A DNA stretch of 64,000 bases from an uncultured Actinomycetota bacterium (GTDB taxonomy: Bacteria; Actinomycetota; Actinomycetes; JAHEKZ01), in the NCBI GenBank assembly GCA_963829525.1, contig CAWHIJ010000003.1, positions 1,760,001-1,824,000 on the forward strand. The letters run 5' to 3'. Positions 1 through 7,482 of this stretch are shown here, in pieces (positions within the stretch are counted from its first letter, which is position 1; the number at the start of each line of letters is the position of its first letter). The notes under the pieces were generated by a model that made no database searches, was not told the origin of the DNA, and saw only the letters and a program-made list of their open reading frames with translations. The position numbers and the translations under genes are program-made.

Positions 1-2
1 AG

Positions 3-683
3 CACTGGTACTCAGACGAAGTGCTCGCCGGTGCCGAGCGGCTGGCAACCAAGGCGTCAAGCCGCGGTGTTGGTCTCGCCGTGCATACCCACGTCAACCA
101 CGCGAACTCTGTGACGCCGTTGGTCGCACGAGCATCCCGCGGCCTGCTCGACGTCGGTATTCGCGACGTTCGCAATCAGGGCGTCCTGATGGCCGGCATC
201 AACAACAGCGTCGAGCAGATGCTCGACTTGTGTTTTGCCCTGCTCGACGATGCCAGCATCTTGCCTTACTACTTCTACATGCCCGACATGATTCCGTTCG
301 CGGAACACTGGCGCGTGTCCTTGGCTGATGCACAGCGTTTGCAGCATGGCGTCATGGGATACCTACCTGGTTTCGCTACACCCCGCGTGACTTGCGACGT
401 CCCATTCGTCGGCAAGCGTTGGGTACACCAGGTCGACGAGTATGACCATGTCCTGGGGATCTCGTACTGGTCGAAGAACTACCGAACCGGCATTGAGCTC
501 GACGACCCGGATGCGGTGCGCAAGAAGCATGTGTACTACGACCCGGTGCACACCCTTCCGGAAGAGGGCCAGGAGTGGTGGATCAACGAGGGCTACCAGA
601 AAGGCCACATCGCGGCTGAGTCGCACGCCGCTGCCGCTGCATCGAGAGCGGCAGCAGCCTCAGACTTGGCGCCGACCCACTAG
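3..683 (+). CDS. KamA-family radical SAM protein (lysine 2,3-aminomutase-like), C-terminal part, 5'-truncated by window edge
   Basis: Frame open from base 3; HTHVNHANS, NQGVL, PYYFYMPD and GFATP motifs resemble the KamA/EpmB C-terminal half. Confidence 0.8.
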   Translation, partial: HWYSDEVLAGAERLATKASSRGVGLAVHTHVNHANSVTPLVARASRGLLDVGIRDVRNQGVLMAGINNSVEQMLDLCFALLDDASILPYYFYMPDMIPFAEHWRVSLADAQRLQHGVMGYLPGFATPRVTCDVPFVGKRWVHQVDEYDHVLGISYWSKNYRTGIELDDPDAVRKKHVYYDPVHTLPEEGQEWWINEGYQKGHIAAESHAAAAASRAAAASDLAPTH

Positions 684-695
684 GCAGCTGTGCCG

Positions 696-1532
696 CTAGC
701 CGGAGACCCGTTCGAGCGTGACGGAGTAGCGAACCGCTGCCAGGACCGGGTCGAAGGGGCCGACTTTGCGACGGTCGGCGCGAAGGTCTACACGTGCGCC
801 GCGCAGGCTCTGCTTCAGCTGTCGCTGCAAGAGCTCGGCCCGGGTCATAGTCGGAGGCTCGTGGGTGGTCGAGGTTGAGGTCGAGTAGGTGGTCGTGGAC
901 GGACTCGTGCTGGATTCGGTTGGGGCGCTGCGGTCTCCACCGCGTGAGCTGCTACTGGCAGCTCCGGCTCGGTCGGCATCGGACCTGGCACGGAACACCT
1001 GGGCTGCCCACAGCGACCCGCCACCCTTGACGACCGCGACGCCAATGTCGTCAGCGTCGGCGTTGAGGATGTTGGCCCGGTGCGGCGCGGAGTTCATCAG
1101 GACCTCGTGAAGGGACTGCACCGAACCCGCGAAGGCGACGTTTTCACCGATCCACGCCCAGCAGCAAACCTGACCACCGAGGTCGGGCGTGTGCGTCAAA
1201 GACCCCGAGTCAGCCATGATCGAGGCGCGCTCCGCGGCGACCGCACTCAGGTCGGAGGCGAAATCCAAGGGCGCCAACCCATTGCTCGTTCGTGCTTGGT
1301 TGACCAGAGTGAGGAGACTGCTTGCCTCAGGCGACGCAGCGACATCGGTTCCGACCGACCGCCACGCCGCCGGCACCACCACCGCTGCGATGAGTGCCGC
1401 CACCCCGATCACCGCAGCGAGCCCGAGGAAGCCGACTCGGGTACCGATCGAGCCGGATCTGGCTACCGAGGCGGTCCTCGGCTGCGCTACTCGTCGCCCT
1501 GGCACAAGTTTTCGCCTTTGCTCGTGAGCCAT
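696..1532 (-). CDS. Membrane-anchored/secreted CAP (SCP) domain protein
   Basis: N-terminal TM segment; LVNQARxxNGLAPL, GENVA, LMNSAPHRANIL motifs; Ser/Thr-rich linker. Confidence 0.85.
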   Translation of the reverse strand: MAHEQRRKLVPGRRVAQPRTASVARSGSIGTRVGFLGLAAVIGVAALIAAVVVPAAWRSVGTDVAASPEASSLLTLVNQARTSNGLAPLDFASDLSAVAAERASIMADSGSLTHTPDLGGQVCCWAWIGENVAFAGSVQSLHEVLMNSAPHRANILNADADDIGVAVVKGGGSLWAAQVFRARSDADRAGAASSSSRGGDRSAPTESSTSPSTTTYSTSTSTTHEPPTMTRAELLQRQLKQSLRGARVDLRADRRKVGPFDPVLAAVRYSVTLERVSG

Positions 1533-1565
1533 GAGGTCCGGACGACGAGTCTTTGTGGTGCCGCC

Positions 1566-1591
1566 GTGACCATTTCGTGATCAACGGTGAC
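1566..1591 (-). promoter_or_regulatory. Triple (G/A)TCAC direct repeat, MtrA/GlnR-box-like, upstream of CAP gene
   Basis: Minus strand GTCAC-N5-ATCAC-N6-GTCAC, 10-11 bp periodicity, next to a TAGGGT -10-like hexamer. Confidence 0.4.
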
Positions 1592-1689
1592 CCTAACCCG
1601 GATCGGCCAACGAGCCATCATCTGTGCGAGCCTCGGCGGGTCTGGAGATCTCGGACATAACGGGCGAATGCCTGCGACGTACCTTGCAG

Positions 1690-2145
1690 CTATTCGCCCA
1701 GATCCGGAGGTCTGTTCTCGTAGGGGATGCTCAGCACCACCGTGGTCCTGGTCGTCACGTGAGCGCTGGCCCGAAGATCGGCAAGCAGCTGCTCCAGGGC
1801 AACCGGGCTAGCGACCCTGACCTTGAGCACGTAGTTGTGGTCGCCGGCGACGCTGTAGCAGGACTCCACAGCCCGCAGGTGGGCAACCCGGTCAGGGATG
1901 TCGTCGGGGTCAGCCGGGTCGATGGGTGAGATGGACACGAAGGCCGTCATGGGGAGGCCGATTGCATCCAGGTCGACCATGGCGCGATAGGCGGAGATGA
2001 CTCCGCGCTGCTCCAGTCGCCGTACCCTTTGGTGAGCAGCCGACGTTGAGAGTCCGGTGTGCTTGGCCAGCTCGGTGTAGCTCATCCTGCCCTCAGCGCT
2101 CAGCAGCTGCACGATCTGTCGGTCATTTCCGTCGAGCTCATCCAC
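1690..2145 (-). CDS. Lrp/AsnC family transcriptional regulator
   Basis: N-terminal HTH (DRQIVQLL...GRMSYTELA...RVRRLE...GVI), C-terminal RAM domain (CYSVAGD..YVLKV). Confidence 0.95.
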   Translation of the reverse strand: MDELDGNDRQIVQLLSAEGRMSYTELAKHTGLSTSAAHQRVRRLEQRGVISAYRAMVDLDAIGLPMTAFVSISPIDPADPDDIPDRVAHLRAVESCYSVAGDHNYVLKVRVASPVALEQLLADLRASAHVTTRTTVVLSIPYENRPPDLGE

Positions 2146-2194
2146 GACGACACCCTACTGGCGCTGTCGGTATTCGCAGGTGAACGCTCCCGTA

Positions 2195-3349
2195 CTAGCG
2201 ATGCGGGCGCAGCGCACGCCCAATCACGACGCGCTGGATCTGATTAGTGCCTTCGACGATCTGTAAGGCCTTGGCCTCGCGGAAGTAGCGTTCGGCCGGG
2301 AAGTCCTTCACGTACCCCGCTCCCCCGAGCACCTGAACCGCGTCGGTGGTCACTTGCATTGCCATGTCGGTGGCGAAGAGCTTTGCCATCGCCGCGTCTA
2401 CCCCGAAAGCCTCGCCTCGGTCGCGTTTGCGGGCCGCTGCGAGATAAAGCGCGCGAGCTGCTGCCACCTGGGTGGCCATGTCCGCGAGCAGGAACGACAG
2501 CCCCTGGAACTCCGCGATGAGGCGGCCGAACTGTTGGCGCTGATGCGCGTAGGAGATGGCGAGGTCCAGAGCTGCCTGTGCGATTCCAACGGCGCACGCA
2601 GCCATCCCGAGTCGGCCGCCGTCGAGGGCGGCGAGTGCAATGGCGAATCCCTGCCCTTCAGCCCCAATGCGCCGCTCGGCGTCGACTGCAACGTCGTCGA
2701 ACACCATCTGAGCGGTTGGGGACGCTGAGAAGCCCAACTTGCGCTCAGGAGGCCTGGCCGAAAGCCCAGCGGTGCCAGCATCGAGCAGCAGGCAGGTGAT
2801 GCCCTTCGCTCCGTCATCGGAGGTGCGCACCATCGCCACGTAGAAGTCAGCGACGCCGCCGTGGCTGATCCACGACTTCACCCCATTGACGCGATATCCG
2901 AAATCGGAGCGCGATGCGCTGGTGGCCAACGCGGCCGCGTCCGACCCCGCATCGGTCTCGGAGAGACAGTAGGCGCCAAGAAGCTGGCCACCGAGCATTT
3001 CGGGCAGCCATCGCTGCCGCTGCTCGTCGCTACCGAACGAGGCAAGTGGGAAGCACGAGAGCGTGTGCACACTGACGCCCAAACCGACGCTCGCCCAGGA
3101 TGAGGCAAGTTCTTCAATGATCTGCAGGTAGTCGTGCAGTGGCAGTCCGCCGCCCCCGTACTCCGCCGGGAACGGCAGGCTGAGAAGCCCCATGCCACCC
3201 AGGGTTCGGAAGACTTCGCGCGGGAACTCCGCGGCATCCTCGGCGTCGCTAGCCATTGGTGTCAGCAGATCGTCACAGATCTGCCGCACGGTGGGCAGCA
3301 GTTCAGCAGTGCTCGGATCTGTGAACTCTCGAGCGACGGTCAGTGCCAC
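2195..3349 (-). CDS. Acyl-CoA dehydrogenase
   Basis: YCLSETDAGSD, NGVKSWIS, QVLGGAGY, QIVEGTNQIQR motifs; start set at GTG 3349 after AAGGAG. Confidence 0.93.
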   Translation of the reverse strand: MALTVAREFTDPSTAELLPTVRQICDDLLTPMASDAEDAAEFPREVFRTLGGMGLLSLPFPAEYGGGGLPLHDYLQIIEELASSWASVGLGVSVHTLSCFPLASFGSDEQRQRWLPEMLGGQLLGAYCLSETDAGSDAAALATSASRSDFGYRVNGVKSWISHGGVADFYVAMVRTSDDGAKGITCLLLDAGTAGLSARPPERKLGFSASPTAQMVFDDVAVDAERRIGAEGQGFAIALAALDGGRLGMAACAVGIAQAALDLAISYAHQRQQFGRLIAEFQGLSFLLADMATQVAAARALYLAAARKRDRGEAFGVDAAMAKLFATDMAMQVTTDAVQVLGGAGYVKDFPAERYFREAKALQIVEGTNQIQRVVIGRALRPHR

Positions 3350-3377
3350 AGGTGCTGGTGCTCCTTGCAGACGTTGG

Positions 3378-4499
3378 TCAGGAACTGAAAGCCGGGTCGA
3401 TGACCACAAGGTCATGCGTGGTGTTGTTCAACGCCTCGACGCCGTCGGGTGTCACTACAACGATGTCCTCGATACGCGCTCCGTGCTTACCGGGCAGATA
3501 GATCCCCGGCTCCACGCTGAATGCCATTCCGGCCCGTAGCGTTTCGTCGTTTCCTGCCACGATGTAGGGCTCCTCGTGCGTCTCGAGCCCGATACCGTGC
3601 CCTGTTCGGTGAATGAAGCGCTCACCGTACCCGGACGCGGTGATGAGCCTGCGCGCCACGGCGTCCACCGCCTCAGCCGTCACCCCGGGTCGTACTGACT
3701 CGACAGCCGCTCGCTGTGCGTTCCGAAGCACCGCGTAGTAGTCGAGGAAGTCATCTGACGCGTGCCCGAGCGCGTAGGTGCGTGTTGAGTCGGAGCAGTA
3801 GCCGCTGGCCATGGTGCCGCCGATGTCTACAACGACGGGGTCGCCAACGACGATGCGTCGGTCAGAGACTTCATGATGCGGGCTGGCACCGTTGGGACCA
3901 CTGGCTACGATCACGAAGTCAACGACGGTGTGTCCAGCGGCGAGGATCGCTTCGGCAATGTCCTCGCCGATCTCGCGCTCGGTGCGTCCGGGACGTAGAA
4001 GATCGGGCACTTGTTCATGCACGCTGTCGATGGCACGACCTGCCCGCCGCAAATGCTCGATCTCGCGCTCACTCTTGATCATGCGCAGCTCGCGGAGCAC
4101 CGGTCCTGCCAACTGCTGATGCGCTTTCGGCATCGCGTCTCGCAGATGAATGACGGCTGCGGCCGCCATCGAGTCCGCGAGGGCCACGACCCCGGCGCCA
4201 GGGATGAGCGAGGCAACGAGCGCATAGGGGTCGTCGGTCTCGGCCCAGCCTCGAATGCTGACGCCCGTAGCGCCTAAGGGCGACGCCTGTGCGGCAGGTA
4301 CCTCAAGTCCGGGTGCTACGAGGACGGGATCGCCCTCGGCGGGGACGACGAGACAGGTCAGCCGCTCCAAGGCGATTGCGCGGTACCCCGTCAGGTAGAG
4401 GAGATCGGGCCCTGGGGTGACGAGCACGGCGTCGACCTCGGCACGACGAGCAGCCTCTTGGGCGGCGACAACACGGCCAGCATCGGCAAACGAATCCAC
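3378..4499 (-). CDS. Xaa-Pro aminopeptidase (M24B family)
   Basis: DIGG, YCSDSTRT, HRTGHGIGLETHEEP, EPGIY, GARIED metal-binding motifs; start GTG 4499 (alternative 4508). Confidence 0.92.
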   Translation of the reverse strand: MDSFADAGRVVAAQEAARRAEVDAVLVTPGPDLLYLTGYRAIALERLTCLVVPAEGDPVLVAPGLEVPAAQASPLGATGVSIRGWAETDDPYALVASLIPGAGVVALADSMAAAAVIHLRDAMPKAHQQLAGPVLRELRMIKSEREIEHLRRAGRAIDSVHEQVPDLLRPGRTEREIGEDIAEAILAAGHTVVDFVIVASGPNGASPHHEVSDRRIVVGDPVVVDIGGTMASGYCSDSTRTYALGHASDDFLDYYAVLRNAQRAAVESVRPGVTAEAVDAVARRLITASGYGERFIHRTGHGIGLETHEEPYIVAGNDETLRAGMAFSVEPGIYLPGKHGARIEDIVVVTPDGVEALNNTTHDLVVIDPAFSS

Positions 4500-4536
4500 A
4501 TTCGTCACCGTACCCCGCCGCGGTGATCGAAGCGTT

Positions 4537-4836
4537 TCAGGCGTTCTCACGTCGCCCAAGAGCCCCCGAGATGACTGCAACACTTCGAGCACTGGGGACG
4601 GCTAGGTCGGTGGTCGTTGCCTCTTCACCAGACACCAGAGCGGTGACGACGGAGTGGATCATGCGCGGGGCCTCCTCGACGGCCAGCCGGAAGGTGCCTA
4701 GGCAGGTGTCATCACGCCACAGACTGAGGATGAAGACACCCAGGTCCTCGTGGAACGAAAGCCGCAGCGAACGGCCTTCGTCGCGCGGGTCGAAGAACAC
4801 AGCACCCTTCGTCGGCAGCGGGCTGACCGGTTCCAT
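4537..4836 (-). CDS. Hypothetical protein, 99 aa
   Basis: ATG preceded by TAAGG; protein-like amphipathic sequence (RSLRLSFH...FILSLWR...CLGTFRL). Confidence 0.7.
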   Translation of the reverse strand: MEPVSPLPTKGAVFFDPRDEGRSLRLSFHEDLGVFILSLWRDDTCLGTFRLAVEEAPRMIHSVVTALVSGEEATTTDLAVPSARSVAVISGALGRRENA

Positions 4837-4875
4837 GCCTTACGGTCAGCCAACCGAAGTGATACGTCAAGAGCG

Positions 4876-4902
4876 TGCTCGAGCTATCAGCTAGCTCGAG
4901 CA
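4876..4902. repeat. Perfect 11-bp inverted repeat in divergent promoter region
   Basis: TGCTCGAGCTA-tcagc-TAGCTCGAGCA. Confidence 0.75.
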
Positions 4903-4918
4903 GCGATACTGTCTGGCG

Positions 4919-5842
4919 ATGGCCACTCCCCCGCGGCTCATGCTGCTCGACTCTGCGTCCATGTACTTCCGTGCATTCCATGGCGTGCCAGAGTCGATCA
5001 CGGCACCGGACGGGACTCCCATTGGAGCAGTTCGGGGGTTCTTGGACGCGATCACCCGAATGCTGACCGATCATCCGGCCACTGACCTGGTGGCCTGTTT
5101 CGATACTGACTGGCGTCCACAGTGGCGGGTCGACCTTATTGCGGAGTACAAGGCGCACCGAGTGGCCGCGGACGAGGCGCCAGACGTCGAGGAGGTTCCC
5201 GATGCTCTGGCACCGCAGGTCCCGGTGATCGAGGCTGTGCTGGACGCCATGGGAATCGCCCGCGCTGGTGTCGCGGACTTCGAAGCTGACGACGTCATGG
5301 CAACTCTGGCGCGCGCAGCCCAGATGCCCGTGGACATCGTCACCGGTGACCGCGATCTCTTTCAGCTCGCCGAGGACGAACGCCCGACCACGATCGTGTA
5401 TATCGGGAAGGGCTTCGCCAAGGCCGAACGCATCACTGACGAGGCAGTACGCGAGCGGTACGCCGTTCCCGCAGCCTCGTACGCCGACTTCGCCACGCTG
5501 CGCGGTGACCCGTCAGACGGGCTCCCAGGGGTCAAGGGGGTAGGCGACAAGTCTGCCGCCGAGATAGTCGCGAGCCACCCGACCGTCGAGTCGCTGCTCG
5601 CTGCTTTGGATGACCCGTCCTCCAACGTGCCGCACCGAGGCAAGATCGAACTGGCCAGGGACTACCTGACGCGGGCGATCGAGGTGGTCCGGGTACGTAC
5701 CGACGTCCCCATGCCAACGCTGAGCACAACAATCCCTCAGGCTGCGGCTGACGCCGACGAACTGGATGCCCTGGCCGCTCGGTGGGGACTGGACCGGTCA
5801 GTGCAGCGATTGCTCAGCGCCATGCGGAACCTCAGCACCTAG
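4919..5842 (+). CDS. Stand-alone 5'-3' exonuclease / flap endonuclease (PolI N-terminal-like)
   Basis: LLDSASMYFRAF, YKAHR, EADDVMATLA, IVTGDRDLFQL, LRGDPSDGLPGVKGVGDKSA (H3TH). Confidence 0.93.
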   Translation: MATPPRLMLLDSASMYFRAFHGVPESITAPDGTPIGAVRGFLDAITRMLTDHPATDLVACFDTDWRPQWRVDLIAEYKAHRVAADEAPDVEEVPDALAPQVPVIEAVLDAMGIARAGVADFEADDVMATLARAAQMPVDIVTGDRDLFQLAEDERPTTIVYIGKGFAKAERITDEAVRERYAVPAASYADFATLRGDPSDGLPGVKGVGDKSAAEIVASHPTVESLLAALDDPSSNVPHRGKIELARDYLTRAIEVVRVRTDVPMPTLSTTIPQAAADADELDALAARWGLDRSVQRLLSAMRNLST

Positions 5843-5898
5843 TAGCAGGGCGAAAGTCGGACCCAGAGGCACGATGACCGGGGCAACACCATCATCAA

Positions 5899-5920
5899 TG
5901 TCGGACCCTCCGTCTAGTGT
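5899..5920 (+). promoter_or_regulatory. RecA-NDp / PafBC-dependent promoter motif
   Basis: TGTCGG-accctccgtc(N10)-TA-gtg-T, exact match to TGTCGG-N10-TA-N3-T. Confidence 0.75.
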
Positions 5921-6019
5921 TCGGGATGTGTTCGAAGCCGGGATTTCCAGACCCGAACACAGACTGGTTCACGGAGATCGCGCCACTGACGAGCACCCCG
6001 GCATTCCATCGTCGATCTG

Positions 6020-7384
6020 TTGCGGAGGTCTCCTGCGGTGCTTCCCGTCCCGGTGCTGCCACCAGCTGTTTCGGATGTCCTGGCTGACACCCGCGTGCTG
6101 GCTGAGCGCGCGGCGGGTGCATCGCAGGGTGGGCCGGCTACGGCGGAGGAACGGGCCGGGTGGCTGGCCGGGCTGCGGCTTATCGTCGACGCGGCCGAGG
6201 CGGCGTTCACCACCGTGCTGGCCGACTTCGACGCCCACGGCGACGGCGAAGTGCTGCACGCCGCCGCCTCCACCCCGTCATGGCTGCGCGGAGCGCTGGG
6301 GATGGCCGCTGGTGAGGCGTCCGAACGGGTCCAGATCGCCCGCACCGCCGGGGACCTGCTCGCAGCACCGGTTGCGGCCTTGACGACAGAACCATTCGGC
6401 GTCGACTTAGGCGAAGACGCTGCTGGCCCGGCCGACGGTGACGCAGAGTCGACCGGTCACTTGTCGTATGAGCATCTACGGGCGATTGCCCGCACCGCTC
6501 GCGCCCTGCCACCATCCGCCCGCCCGGACGGCATCGACGTGCTGACCGGGCTGGGCAAACAGCTCGGCGTCGACGACCTGCGCAGCGCCGGGCGTCACCT
6601 GCGCCACGTCGTCGACCCCGACGGCTCAGCCCGGCACGCCGAGGCAGACTTCGGACGCCGCTGGCTCACCCTCGCCCCGCTGCTCGACGGCATGGCCTCC
6701 ATCGACGGCATCCTCGACGCCGAAACCGCCGCCGGACTGTCCACAGCGCTGGCCCCGTTCCTGGTCCCCACCGGCCCCGACGACCTGCGCACCACCGACC
6801 AACGCCGCGCCGACGGACTCGCCGAAGTCGTCGCCACCGCCGTCCGGTCCGAGCAGCTGCCGACGCTGTCCGGAGCCACCACCGCCATACAGGTCGAAGT
6901 CGACCTCGCCACCCTCACCGGCACCCAACCCCACCCCGCACGCATCGCAAACACCACCGGCTCTGCTGTGTGGCTCACCCCCGAAGCCGCCAGCCGCCTC
7001 GCCTGCGACGCCACCGTGCACCGGCTGCTCATCGACCCCGGCGGCATCCCGCTGGACCTCGGCCGCCAGGTGCGTGTCTTCACCCCAGCTCAGCGACGAG
7101 CCCTCGCCACCCGCGACAGCGGATGCCGCTTCCCCGGCTGCAGCCGCCCCGCACTACACACCGACGCCCACCACCTCATCCCCTGGGCCCAAGGCGGCCA
7201 AACAAACCTGACCAACGCACTGCTGCTCTGCCGCCACCACCACCGAGCCGTCCACGAAGGCGGCTGGCACATCACGCCAGAACACGTGAACAAGGGCGCC
7301 AACGGCACGCTGACCTTCCAAGGCCCCAACGGACAACGCCTAACCTCAGCCCCACCCGGGGCACGCCAAGCACCCGACCCGTAA
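6020..7384 (+). CDS. DUF222 domain HNH endonuclease (13E12-repeat-like); true start probably 5926/5928 with a frameshift
   Basis: QRRADGL, RLACDA, PLDLGR, QRRALATRDSGCRFPGC, DAHHLIPWAQGGQTNLTNALLLCRHHHRAVH. Confidence 0.9.
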   Translation: MRRSPAVLPVPVLPPAVSDVLADTRVLAERAAGASQGGPATAEERAGWLAGLRLIVDAAEAAFTTVLADFDAHGDGEVLHAAASTPSWLRGALGMAAGEASERVQIARTAGDLLAAPVAALTTEPFGVDLGEDAAGPADGDAESTGHLSYEHLRAIARTARALPPSARPDGIDVLTGLGKQLGVDDLRSAGRHLRHVVDPDGSARHAEADFGRRWLTLAPLLDGMASIDGILDAETAAGLSTALAPFLVPTGPDDLRTTDQRRADGLAEVVATAVRSEQLPTLSGATTAIQVEVDLATLTGTQPHPARIANTTGSAVWLTPEAASRLACDATVHRLLIDPGGIPLDLGRQVRVFTPAQRRALATRDSGCRFPGCSRPALHTDAHHLIPWAQGGQTNLTNALLLCRHHHRAVHEGGWHITPEHVNKGANGTLTFQGPNGQRLTSAPPGARQAPDP

Positions 7385-7482
7385 CACACTCCAGCCGTGA
7401 AGAACGCCGACTCGTGACGTTGGTGAACAACACCCGCTACGTGCGTCCCCACCTCGAACTCGCGGCTACTCGTACCAGCGAC

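Noticed and set aside
3-683. Radical SAM enzyme as maturase for the small peptides (RiPP)
   Set aside because: KamA-type aminomutase family, 40 kb away, no SPASM/RRE features visible
5919-5937. LexA SOS box before the HNH gene
   Set aside because: Only the GTTCGA half-site is present; the left half does not match TCGAAC
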